Positions 41,529-54,105 of a DNA stretch of 64,000 nucleotides are shown piece by piece; positions within the stretch are counted from its first letter, which is position 1; each line of letters opens with the position of its first letter. Both the position numbers and the translations under genes were made by a program. The stretch is from positions 29,698,001 to 29,762,000 of the forward strand of contig OX597835.1 of the NCBI GenBank assembly GCA_951406725.2. The letters are read 5' to 3'. Under the pieces are notes generated by a model that was not told where the DNA came from, did not search any database, and saw only the letters and a list, made by a program, of their open reading frames with translations. This DNA comes from Octopus vulgaris. Taxonomy: Eukaryota.

Positions 41529-41800
41529 TGTTTGTGAGCGTGCGCGTGTGTGCGCATACAAACAAACGCGCGCGTACACGTATATCTGTGTGTCTTTGCG
41601 TTTGTGTTTTGCTCGTCTCCCATCACCGCTTGACAACCGGTGCTGGTTTGTTTACGTCCACATAACTTAGCGGTTCGATTAAAAAAAGATACGATAGAAC
41701 AAGTACCATATTTAAACAAGTACTGAGGACGATTTGATCGATTAAACCCTTCAAGACGGTGCCACTGAATGGCCATAGTCCAACGACTGAAACAAGTAAA
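41139..41800 (+). mobile_element. Diverged SINE family B carrying a nested MITE
   Basis: Homology to family B resumes at 41410 after the insertion. Confidence 0.75.
41252..41409. mobile_element. 158-bp GC-rich hAT-type MITE
   Basis: TIRs CACTAACATAGCC / GGCTACGCTAGTG; 8-bp TSD GAGCCAAC / GAGCCGAC. Confidence 0.8.
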
Positions 41801-41966
41801 AAATGCTTTGTGTCAGTCCTTTCGAATTTCCCCGCAAAAATTTTCGATCTTCTGGATGCTAAGACTACGAGCATTATTGCCCTTCACTAGTAGGATCAGT
41901 CTATCTTTAAAGCATTATCAGAAGGTTTTCTGAATATCTCAAGGTACGACTGTCCTTGATGAAAGA

Positions 41967-42272
41967 GTCTTTTTATCTTTTACTTATTTCAGTCATTGGG
42001 CTGCGGCAATACTGGAGCACTGCCTTGAAGAGTTTAGTCGAACAAACTGTCCCTAGTGCATTTTTTATAATTATAATTTTAGTCTTGTGCTTATTCTTAT
42101 GCCGAACCGCTAAGTTACGGGATCGTAAATAAACCAACACCGATTGTCAAATGTTGGTTGTAGACAAACATAAACATATATATATACATAAATATACAAA
42201 CACAAACATACACACACGCCAATACATATATACATACATACATACATACATACATACATAATACATACGTAC

Positions 42273-42303
<31 letters not shown>

Positions 42304-42353
42304 CATACATACATACATACATACATACATACACACACGCACTCATACATACA

Positions 42354-42384
<31 letters not shown>

Positions 42385-43185
42385 CATACATACATACATT
42401 CATACATACATACATACATACATACATACATACATACATACATACATACATACATACATACATTCATACATACATACATACATACATACATACATACATA
42501 CATACATTCATACATACATACTTATATACATATATACACACAAGCATACATACATTCATACATACATACATACATACATACATTCATACAAACATACTTA
42601 CATACATATATACACACAAGCATACATACATTCATACATACATACATACATACATAAATACATACATACATACATACATACATACATACACACACATATA
42701 CATACATACATACATACATACATACATACATTCATACATACATACATACATACATACATACATACATACATGCATACATATATTCATACATACATACATA
42801 CATACATACATACATTCATACATACATACATTCATACATACATGCATACATATATTCATACATACATACATACATACATACATACATACATACATACATA
42901 CATTCATACATACATATACATACATACATACATACATACATACATACATACATACACACAAGCACTCGTACATACATACATACATTCATACATATATACA
43001 TACACACATGCATACATACACATACGACGGGCTTCTACACAGTTTCCGCCTACCAAATTCACTCACAGAATATTAGTCGGTCAGGGGGTTAAAGTAGAAG
43101 ACAGTTACAGATTGTGCCGCACAATGTAACTGAACCTGAAACCTCGTGGTTGCAAACTAACCACAAAACCTCTGCCTGCACCTGT
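41967..43185 (-). mobile_element. SINE family B with central (TACA)n expanded to about 800 bp
   Basis: 3' half at 41967-42180 and 5' half at 43023-43185 are collinear around the microsatellite. Confidence 0.75.
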
Positions 43186-43382
43186 ATCGTGTTACAATAA
43201 CTCTGCAGACCCGGGAAGACTTTTGTCTGAATTTGGATCATGCGATATCCATTCTGTTTAAGAAATACTCAAGTTATGGAAGAGGCTTCGTTCATTTTCT
43301 TTGCTATCAGTTTCTCCTTCACGCCCTCCACCCCATCAGGTGCGTTTGTTTTCTTCTATTTAGCATTTTTTTACTCATTAGG

Positions 43383-43645
43383 TTTGTTTGTTCCTTCTCG
43401 AGCCATGCCTTGCTCATAAGGGCCGGTTTCCCGGTTTCCTTGGCGTATAGGTTCCCCACCTGGACGGAACACCGGTCCGTCGCAGGTGATCTGCAAGATG
43501 CAGGAGGAGAGAGTGAAGGGAAAGTTGTGGCGAAAGAGTCAGCTGAAGTTCGCTGTTACCTTCTGCCGGAGCCGCGTGGAGCTTAGGTGTTTCGCACACA
43601 AACACATCGCCCCGGTCTAAGATTCGAACCCGTTATCCCTCAACT
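43383..43645 (-). mobile_element. SINE family D, with a V-domain-like segment
   Basis: B box GGTTCGAATC; CCTGCGACGGACCGGTGTTCCGTCCAGG; shares ACTCTTTCGCCACAACTTTC with the adjacent copy. Confidence 0.7.
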
Positions 43646-43647
43646 AC

Positions 43648-43681
<34 letters not shown>

Positions 43682-43682
<1 letters not shown>

Positions 43683-43921
43683 GAGGCTCAATGGCCTAGT
43701 GGTTAGAGCAGCGGACTCGCGGTCGTAGAATCGCGGTTTCGATTCCCAAACCGGGCGATGTGAGTGTTTATTGAGCGAAAACACCTAAAATTCCAAGAGG
43801 CATGGGGGTGGTGGCGATCCTTGCTGTACTCTTTCGCCACAACTTTCTCTCACTCTTTCTTCTGTTGGCCTGCTCGCTTAGCCTGCGGGGTGGCTAAAAC
43901 AATGCAAAGCGCATTGTGACC
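43682..43921 (+). mobile_element. SINE family D, tRNA-like head intact
   Basis: TGGCCTAGTGGTTAGAGCAGCGGACTCGCGGTC..GGTTTCGATTCCC. Confidence 0.75.
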
Positions 43922-43929
43922 AAATCCAT

Positions 43930-44077
43930 TCACCGTCTACCAAATCCACTCACAAGGCTTTGGTCAACCCGAGGCTATAGTAGAAGACACTTGCCCAAGG
44001 TGCCACGCAGTGGGACTGAATCCGGAACCATGTGGTTGGTAAGCAAGCTACTTACCACACATCCACTCCTGCACCTC
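43930..44077 (-). mobile_element. SINE family B, 5' half
   Basis: Homology to family B. Confidence 0.85.
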
Positions 44078-44092
44078 TAGCCACTCATATAC

Positions 44093-44261
44093 TTTATTTG
44101 TGTGTTAAGGCTACCATTGGTTTTATGTTAGAAATATCTCAACTAATGTTCAAGCCGATCTAAACTGGAGACAAACACCAGTCTCTCTCTGTGATCGATT
44201 TGAAGAACTGTTGAGATATTTCTTAACAGTGTAATAATGGTAGCTTTAATACACAAATAAA
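44093..44261. repeat. Imperfect fold-back inverted repeat
   Basis: TTTATTTGTGTGTTAAGGCTACCATT / AATGGTAGCTTTAATACACAAATAAA, plus inner AGAAATATCTCAAC / GTTGAGATATTTCT. Confidence 0.85.
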
Positions 44262-44332
44262 AAAAATCTTTATCCTCCAATGCAGTGTTGAGCACTCATT
44301 CTCATTCATCGATATTTGCCCCTTATGAATGT

Positions 44333-44768
44333 CTCTTGGTGCTAATCAACGGCAGCATTCGTCCTATTTTTCTGGACTGCCATATTAGCTTGGCGATAAC
44401 TATTAATATCCAGTACCGCTGCCGTAGTCTTCTTTAGAGAGAATTAGAAATATTAATATTTCTATTTTTGAAAACCAGTGGATGTATTCCACTGAATTTA
44501 GGTAAATAATATTTCGAACAGACGGTCAGTAGCGACGCCTCCTGGGTTCGGCTGCTCTTCATTGATAAGGGGCAAATACCCTGAAACTAGTCTGTAGATA
44601 CCAGACCAGCAAGGGGAAGCGGCTGATCTCCCCTGTTCGTAGGTTATAATGGACACAGGTTCGTGTGTCACATAGTTTGCTAGAGGTGATGGCCTCTTGG
44701 AGCTAACCAACGGCAGCATTCGTCCTATTTTTCTGGACTGCCATGTTAGATTTGCGATAACTATTAAT
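44333..44768 (+). mobile_element. Short element bounded by about 75-bp direct repeats (44333-44408, 44694-44768), pLTR/retrozyme-like
   Basis: Direct repeats with about 361-bp period; internal hammerhead-like motif; ends in (AAT)n. Confidence 0.6.
44557..44597 (+). ncRNA. Degenerate type-I hammerhead-like motif
   Basis: CTTCA-TTGATAA-GGGG(CAAATA)CCCT-GAAAC-TA-GTC-TGTAG; palindromic ACTAGT. Confidence 0.5.
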
Positions 44769-44908
44769 AATGATAATAATAATAATAATACTGCTACTAC
44801 TAATAATGATGATGATGAGGATGATGATGGTATACATATTGGATACAGATTTTATGCATATTAATGTGTGTATGCGTGTGTATACATATACATACATACA
44901 TACATTCA

Positions 44909-44940
<32 letters not shown>

Positions 44941-45095
44941 CACACATATATATACAAAAATATACATATATATATATATATATAATAAATTCAGGGTGAA
45001 TACTTGATAAATGTAACCACCTGTATATGCCAGCTAGTAGCATAGGTGAGAGGATATATGTATCAAATGAAATAAAAACAGAACACAAAGGATGT

Positions 45096-45190
45096 TGCGG
45101 TACACATGTTTCGAGCTTTATAAAACAACTTATTCTTACATCAATGTATAATCGACATAACAGATAGTTCAAAAGCCCTCTTCAGCTGCA
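45096..45190 (-). ncRNA. Type-I hammerhead ribozyme motif with extended stem II, in a (TA)n-flanked insert at 44985-45337
   Basis: TGCAG-CTGAAGA-GGGCTTT(about 52 nt)AAAGCTC-GAAAC-ATGT-GTA-CCGCA. Confidence 0.7.
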
Positions 45191-45346
45191 TGCAATTGCT
45201 ACACCAAAGACTTGTATCACATTATGAAAGGTTTGAGAAAGAACACTTGGTATTATTTATAATGATAGGTAAACTGAGTATCACTGAGAAAGTATGTTTG
45301 CAAATCTCCATAATCAAATAGGTGTACGGGGTATTATATATATATA

Positions 45347-45529
45347 ATACCTGTCCTCCCTTCTCGGGATCTTTCCTTCTCCTATGTTTCCGACGAAGAG
45401 CTCCGCTCGAAACGTTAAAACCTCCTTCTTCCCTTCTTTCCTGAGCGTCCAATAATACCTTATTTGTTCCACGTCCTCGCGTTGTTGTGTTTTTTTTTTG
45501 GGGGGGGGGTTGTGTTTTCTTGTTTGGAT

Positions 45530-45534
<5 letters not shown>
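45347..45534 (+). mobile_element. Family C element with hammerhead-like motif at 45386-45420
   Basis: GTTT-CCGACGA-A-GAGC(TCC)GCTC-GAAA-CG-TT-AAAA; homology to 27245-27447. Confidence 0.78.
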
Positions 45535-45591
<57 letters not shown>

Positions 45592-45775
45592 ATTTTTAAC
45601 TTTTATATTTTAAATTAATTTTATGTATTGGCTTATGTTTTTTCACTGTTTGATTTGCCTAATAGTGGTTTTATCTCTAATTTAATATAATATAATATAA
45701 TTTATTTATACTATAAAATTGGATTTAATCCTAAATCTCATTTTTCCCTGTAAGTTTGGATTTATTCCCTAATAT

Positions 45776-45834
<59 letters not shown>

Positions 45835-45892
45835 TATACATATATATACATATATATATACAGAGAGAGAGAGAGAGCGAGAGAAATCTGAG

Positions 45893-45928
<36 letters not shown>

Positions 45929-46621
45929 TGTCTGTGTGTGTGTGTTGATCGTGGGTGGTCCATTGGTCATACGTAAGTTGCTGTAAGCCAGTCGACTGAG
46001 GACTTCTGTCACAGGTATGCGTTCAAATTTATCACCCGACGTTTAACTATTTTATTGACGACAGCAAACAGTGTGAAATATGGCGGGAATTAAGCAGCGA
46101 CAGTGGAGAGGGGAAGGGCAGAGGCAGGGTATTGTGGCAAGAGGGGGGTTAAGTGGGTAGGTTATGGTGGCGATGGGGGGTGAAAAGAGTCGAAGTGGTT
46201 GGTGTCCTGTGGCGACGAAAGCGGTGGAGGTCGTCGTCATCGTCGCCGTGAAATAGATGAATGCGTGTGCGTGCGTGTGTGTGGGGAGGTGTGTGTATGT
46301 GTATGAAGATTACGGAAGCTAATTTCTCTTTCTGTAATCTGGTGTTTTTAAAATTTTTTTTCGCTACTTCCTCCACTCCTATGAACACGCAATTATTCTC
46401 TTTTCCTCTTCCTTCTTTCTCTCTCTCTTTCTCACTTTCTCTCTCTGCCGCCCCTTCTCCCCCCCCTTCCTCTACATACTTCTGTCGTTCTCTGCCTCCT
46501 TAACTCTCCCTCAATCTTCTCTTTCTTTTCTTTCTTTCTCTCTCTCTCTGTCTCTCTCATATATATATATATATAGATATAGATAGATAGATAGAGATAC
46601 ATACATACATACATACATACA

Positions 46622-46653
<32 letters not shown>

Positions 46654-46677
46654 CACATGCATACATATATATATACT

Positions 46678-46745
<68 letters not shown>

Positions 46746-46827
46746 CACTCACACACGCACACACATACGACATATATATATATGAGAGAGAAATTAATAT
46801 ATACATATATATATATATATATGCATA

Positions 46828-46872
<45 letters not shown>

Positions 46873-46892
46873 ATATATATATTAAATGAAAT

Positions 46893-47820
46893 AAATACAA
46901 CTGACAAACAAAAAATTATTTACATTATCATATACTATAAAAGATATAATATAACATAACAAATCTTTAAAAGGCATATAAAACCAGCAATTTGTTTCGA
47001 CTTATATACAGTAGTGAATTTATATTAAAACAAAATTCCTATCTATGCCTAGAAGAGTGAATGAATTATCGATTAAAAAATTTCTGATTGAATTTAGTGT
47101 CAGAATTAAAGATATCCTTATTCATTAATCTTTTTTCATCATAATATATAGTAATTTTTAATAATATATATTTCCTCCTCCACCAAAAATTTCTTAATAT
47201 ACTACATGTTATATAGGTATTGATATTGTATTATAAAATAGCGAGTAGCCAGGTAATTATTTTCGATGAAAATGCTTTTAGATTAATATTATTGGCGATC
47301 CATAAAAACATTTGATGACCGTTGTAAATTTTCTTTAATTAATTATCTAATCCATTCGAATTTTGTCATTGTTTTCATTTCACTTATAACGTATTTGAAT
47401 TATTAAAGCTAACGCTTCTAAACATCGGTATTTTTTAATCAATATTCTTGCAATTTGTCAATCCTTACATGGAATTTCGTATGTTTTTCTTAACCATGGC
47501 CTGATGAGGCTTGTATACATAGACAGGATTTGTTTTTATAAATTCGTTACTGTAAATAAGCCGAAACAAATTGTTGGCTTTATATGTTTTTCAAAGATTT
47601 ATTACGTTATCTTATAGTAGATTATATTTTTATAGTAGATTATTTTATAATTATATTATAATGTAAATAAATTTTTAGTTTGTCAATTGTATTTCTCTGT
47701 TTCTTTTAGTATTTGTATATTATAATTATACCCCTTTTGCCTACGGTATTCAAGTGTTGTACCAGTAAATTGGATGTTTTACATCTCTTAGATGGAATTG
47801 CCTTTTTCTTCGTTTGATTT
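46893..47820 (+). mobile_element. (TA)n-flanked AT-rich element with an inverted 5' duplication and a hammerhead-like motif
   Basis: 46893-47047 is an imperfect reverse complement of 47516-47694; CTGATGA-GGCTT..AAGCC-GAAAC at 47501-47567. Confidence 0.65.
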
Positions 47821-48002
47821 ATATATATATATATAAATTTGATGACTATGGATGACTAAATTACAACAGATATACACAGCCCATTGTCTATATTATAGTG
47901 CATTGTTGTACCATTCAAAACTTTTTAGTCTTTACAAACAATACACAATAATTCAAGCGAACTCCAATACTCTCCTATATATATATATATATATATATAT
48001 AG

Positions 48003-48036
<34 letters not shown>

Positions 48037-48100
48037 TTATTTGTATACGTATATGTATATATGCATATATAGATAGATATGCATATATAGATAGATATGC

Positions 48101-48135
<35 letters not shown>

Positions 48136-48446
48136 CATATCACAAAATGGCTGACGGTTAGTAAGGAGAGACACAAATAAGAAAGAAGAAAACAAAGGAC
48201 CACTGATGCGGTCACAGGAGTGTGACGAAAGAACTCTGGCCGAAATAAGATTAAGATTAATGTAAAAAATAAATAACACTGAAGCAAAATAACACCAAAT
48301 ATATAGTGCGTGTGCTTTTATTGGCTAAACTGGCAAAATGACCATTCCGAAATATAACAATATATATGCATACTTGTATATATATGCATATATGCATATA
48401 TATGTGCATATACGCATACATATATGCATATGAGTATATATATGCA

Positions 48447-48496
<50 letters not shown>

Positions 48497-49441
48497 TGTG
48501 TGTGTGGGTGAATCACACACACATATATACACGTATATGAGTGTGTGAGTGTGTGTATACATACGTATATGTATACATTTCGCTATCCTTACATATAGAT
48601 GTTGATCGCTGTGTTGTGATTGTTGGAACGAGTGCCTTCTTGCGTGTTAGTGCATGAATATATGTGTGTGTGTGTGTACGTGTGCGTGCGTGTGCATGTG
48701 TGTGTGTGTATGTGTGTATGTATGTATGCATACATGCATGTATGTACGCATGTATGCATGTATGTGTGTATGTATGTATGCATGTATGTGTGCATGTATG
48801 CATGTATGTGTGTATGTGTGTATGTATGTGCGTATGTGTGTGTATGTATGTGTGTATGTATGTATGCATGTATGTATGTATGCATGTATGCATGTATGTA
48901 TGTATGTGTGCATGTATGTGTGTGCGTACGTACGTATGTATGTGTGTATGTGTGTATGTATGTATGCATGTATGTGTGCATGTATGTGTGCATGTATGTG
49001 TGTATGTATGTATGTATGTATGTATGTATACGTCTGTGTATGTGTATATGTGTATATGTGTACGCATGCGTGTGTGTATGTTCCTGTGGTGTCTGTATGT
49101 TCTAATAATAATCGCATATGGTTTGATAATCCCCGGTTCGATTCTCTGCCGGTTGACGGCTGTCCACAGGCTTCCAATCTCTGCGTCGCCGTCCTGAACA
49201 CCGTTCGTAGCTCCCCCTTGTTGCCCTCTCGAGGGTCCTGTCATTAATAAACACATCATTATTATATTTATTTATCTATTTATTTATTTATTTATTTAGT
49301 AGTAGTAGCAGTAGTAGTAGTAGTAGCAGTAGTATTGAATCATCATGTCAACGTTTGCTGTTTTATCTATAAAGGTGTTTGTTATAGTTGTGTTTGTCGA
49401 AAATAACGATTAGGACGTCGCTGTAGCCGCTGCTGCTGGTA

Positions 49442-49442
<1 letters not shown>

Positions 49443-49481
<39 letters not shown>

Positions 49482-49540
49482 GGAGGAGGATGAGGAGGAG
49501 GAGGAGGAGGAGGCGGAGGAGGAGGAGGAGGAGGAGGAGG
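49443..49540. repeat. (ATG)n(AGG)n microsatellite
   Basis: Direct observation. Confidence 0.95.
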
Positions 49541-49705
49541 GGTGACGATGATGACGCTGTCTGCCATTTCGTAAACTCTCGTGTGTTAGGTGCTTGTTTT
49601 TATATTGTTTTGGCTTTAAAGCTGAGATTTGAAACAAACATTTATAAAGCTTTTCAGTGCATGTACGTATGTGGTGGTGGGGGATATGTATATATATATA
49701 TAAAC

Positions 49706-49767
<62 letters not shown>

Positions 49768-49771
49768 GTTT

Positions 49772-49802
<31 letters not shown>

Positions 49803-49816
49803 AATATATATATATT

Positions 49817-49850
<34 letters not shown>

Positions 49851-50014
49851 TAGATAGATATACACACATATACATATATATACATACATATATGTATGTA
49901 TGTATGTATATACATATACATGTACATAGCTATATACATATTGTATGTGTGTATGTCAGCTCTCGACAGTTGCAGGTACAACCGTTCAGTTTCTCGATAC
50001 GCAATCACACACAG

Positions 50015-50050
<36 letters not shown>

Positions 50051-50162
50051 CTCACATGCACACAATCTCAAACAGGCGCAGGCACAAATCACACGTGTTA
50101 TTCCCCCCCCCCCCCTTCTTTTTATTTGGATTTCGTCGTCCTCCCTCATTCAAGGCATGCAG

Positions 50163-50229
50163 CCGGAAGTTGCCACCAAACGTCAAATCGACTCTCATGA
50201 ACGTCCCTAACTCGTGACGTCAGCACGTG
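50163..50229. promoter_or_regulatory. Cluster of consensus TF sites (ETS, CRE, E-box)
   Basis: CCGGAAGT at 50163-50170, TGACGTCA at 50215-50222, CACGTG at 50224-50229, in non-repeat sequence. Confidence 0.35.
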
Positions 50230-50637
50230 TCGGACACAAACAAATCACTTTGCTTCGTCAATTCATCTGTCATTTCTTTCTTTTTTCCGATCATTCATCT
50301 ATCTGTCTTTCTATCTATTTATCTGTATGTCAGCCTGTCAATCTATCTATCTATCTACCTATCTGATGACATGTATTTATACACACATACATACACGCAC
50401 ACACGCACACACAAATACACACGCACACACAAACGGGCAAACATGCATACATTTGTGTATATATATTCATATAAAATTAAAATGAATTATATATATATGT
50501 GTGCGTGCGTGTGTGTATGTGTATGCATGCATATATGTGCGTATTTATGTATGTAAGTATATAAATATATATTTATTAAAATATATACATACAAACATAT
50601 ACATTGATATACATATACATACATAGGTATACATATT

Positions 50638-50737
<100 letters not shown>

Positions 50738-50839
50738 TATGTATATATATATATATGCATATACATATATATATGTATATATATATATGTGTGTGTTTGT
50801 GTGTGTGCATGTATGTATATTTATATATATATGTTTGTG

Positions 50840-51686
50840 TATTTGTGTGTCTTTATTAGTCTCCCCACCATCACTTGACAACCGATGTTGGTGTGTTTAC
50901 GTCGTCGGAACCGATAGAATAAGTAGTAGGTTTACAAAGAATAAGTCCTGGGGTCGATTTGCCCGACTAAAGGCGGTGCTCCAGCATGGTCGCAGTCAAA
51001 TGACTGAAACAAATAAAAGAATAAAATAGTGTGTGTCGGCGATCTGGCAGAACCGCCGGGTGAAATGCGTAGCCGTATTTCGTCAGCCGTTACGTTCTGA
51101 GTTCAAATTCCGCCGAGGTCGACTTTGCCTTTCATCCTTTCAGGGTCGATTAAATAAGTACTAGTTACGCACTGGGGTCGATGTAATTGACTTAATCCGT
51201 TTGTCTGTCCTTGTTTGTCCCCTCTATGTTTAGCCCCTTGGGGGTAATAAAGAAACATATATAACGCAAATGATAAGAAGACTCTTTACTCTTTTACTTG
51301 TTTCAATCATTTGACTGCGGCCATGCTGGAGCACCGCCTTTTTTAGTCGAGCAAATCGACCCCGGGGCTTATTCTTTGTAAGCCCAGTACTTATTCTATC
51401 AGTCTCTTTTGCCGAACCGCTAAGTGACGGGGACGTAAACACACCAGCATCGGTTATCAAGCAATGCTAGGGGGACAAACACAGACACACAAACATACAT
51501 ATATATATATATACATATATACGACAGGCTTCTTTCAGTTTCCGTCTACCAAATCCACTCACAAGGCATTGGTCGGCCCGGGGCTATAGCAGAAGACACT
51601 TGCCCAAGATGCCGCGCAGTGGGACTGAACCCGGAACCATGTGGTTGTTTAGCAAGCTACTTACCACACAGCCACTCCTGCGCCTA
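50840..51686. mobile_element. SINE cluster: B 3' part (+, 50840-51026), A (+, 51037-51256), B full length (-, 51280-51686)
   Basis: Homology to families A and B. Confidence 0.88.
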
Positions 51687-53856
51687 TAAAATTCTTTAAC
51701 AAATAAAATTCTTTAACACATCTTTAATAATTTGTTACAATTGTCTCTGTACCAACTCTATTTACAACGGCAGCTTACGCAAAATTTCAGAGTGAAAATT
51801 TACATAATGTTTACCGTTTCAGACATTTGAGAGGCACTTTATCAGATGTGCATCAAAAGTGTGCTGTCAACTGTGCGTCGTCCAGACCTTGTTTTGTGTC
51901 TTATACAGGAAAGAAACGAAAAAAAAAAAAAAAAAAAGAAAAGAAAGAGGGAAAGTAAAAGAGAGATGGGTAAGTACCGGAACACCAGCGGTGGAAACAG
52001 GATTTTGGAACTAAGGCTTGTGAAGTCGATGTTAGGAAAGAATCGCGAGAAATCAAGTAGGTCGACTACATTCTCCACACACCATCAACTGTAAATACCG
52101 AAACACTGTCTCTAGTCCTTCATCGACGATTTCCCATTCCCCTCTCTGTGGGACACAACTGTATTTCTGAAAACTGGTGGCTTTTGGAGAACAAAACCGG
52201 CTTCTTCAGCCGGGATATAATGGTTTCAAATTTTGGCACAAAGCTAGCAAGTTCAGGGCGGTGGGTAAATCGAAAACATCGACTCCATTGCTCGACAGGT
52301 ATTTTTTTTTTTCTTTATCGACTTCGAAAAGATGAAAAGCAAAGTCAACCTCGGCGGAATTTGAACTCAGAGCATAAAGCTGGATGAAATGTCGCTAAGC
52401 ATTTTGTCGCTAAGCATTACACTTTTATTTTCCCTTACTCCCTCTCTCCCGCTTTTCCCCTTTTCCTTCTCCTTTCGTCTCAAGAATTGGTGTTGTTTAA
52501 CCTCAGGTGAGACTTGATCAAGCAGACTTACGACCCAAACCGTTACAGCAATGACCATCTCACCCTTCCCTTATGTGACATACCCAACGGCCATATTATC
52601 GAAGGTATTTTCCTCAAGATGGTAAGGTGTGGTTTGAAGAAAATTTGTCTGCGGGTGAATCAACCACAAAGAAGCTTCCTCGTTAGATAAAAATCTGAGA
52701 AGCATCGAGAAGTGTCTGTTGTCTGATTCAAACGTGGTGGTCGTGGTGGTCGTGGTGGTATAGTGGGGACAGGAGAGGCGGCGGTGATAGCAGTGATGGC
52801 GACGATGCAGGAGCGATGGTAGTTGCAGTGGTGATTATAGTGATGGTTATGATGGAGGCCAAGGTGGTGGTGGTGGTGGTGGTGGTGGTGGTGATGGAAA
52901 GGGGAAGCAATGGTGATGATGGTTGTGGTCGAGGTGATAGTTGGTTGTGGTGGTGATAGTGGTGGAGGCAGCAGAGGCGGAGGTGATGGCGACAATGGTA
53001 GTTGTGGTGGTGGTGGTGGTGGTAGTGGTTATCTTGGTAGTAGCGGCGGCACCTGTGAGAGCTGTGTCTATGATGATAATAAATTTGATGATATCCGTCG
53101 ACGAAGGTTGACTGGTTGGTTGGCTGGTTGGTTGGTTGGTGTAAAATTAGGGTGGATGTGAGGTTGGGGTGAGGTTGAGGGAGAAGGGGAAGGTGTGCGC
53201 TGTTCTGTATACAGATTAGTTTGGTGGTTCCAATGTTGCGAAGAAGTTTCAGTGACGAAATGAAGATCAGAGAGGGGTAGAGGGGTGGAGAGAGGAGGTC
53301 GAGAGAAGGGGAGTGAGGTGATGAGGAGGGAGAGACGGGGGTGAAAATGGGGTGAGAGAGGGGTATACACATGAACGTATATCTTGACTATATTTATGTG
53401 TATACATACATGCATACACACGTGTTTCTCTGTGTGTGTGTGTGTGTGAAAGAGAGTGCGGGAGAGAGAGAGAGAGTGACAGACAGACAGACAGGTCGAC
53501 AAGCAGACAGGCAGACAGACAGGCAGCAGACAGACAGACAGACAGAATGGGATGTAAAGATCGATACAAATATATTTATTTATCGGACAGCTGAAACTGT
53601 CTTTTGTCAGATTTAAGTGTGGTGACGGTGGCAGTGGTGGCGGCGTCGGCTGTGGCAGCGGCGGTGGCAGCGGCGGTGGCAGCGGCGGTGGTGGTGGTGG
53701 TGGTGGTGGTGGTGGTGGTGGTGGTGGTAGTGGTGGTGGTGGTCATCGTCGTCGTCGTTGAAAGAGGATAAAATGAAACAAATTTTTTTTTAAAGTCAGC
53801 TATGTGATATATACATGAATATGTATACGCGTACGCACATAGGTATTGATATATTG

Positions 53857-53937
<81 letters not shown>

Positions 53938-54105
53938 AAGTAAGTTAGGGGTTATGGGTGTAACCCACTAAGGGATAGCATTTATCCAATATACTATTGA
54001 TAATGTACCCAGATTCTTAATACATAAATATTTTTAATTGCTATGCAATTAAGTCATTTATTGTATTAAACGAGTAAAGGTAAGGAAATATTTTTACCTT
54101 AAATT

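Noticed and set aside
43682-43755. tRNA gene
   Set aside because: It has A/B boxes but no proper acceptor stem, and continues into a SINE body.
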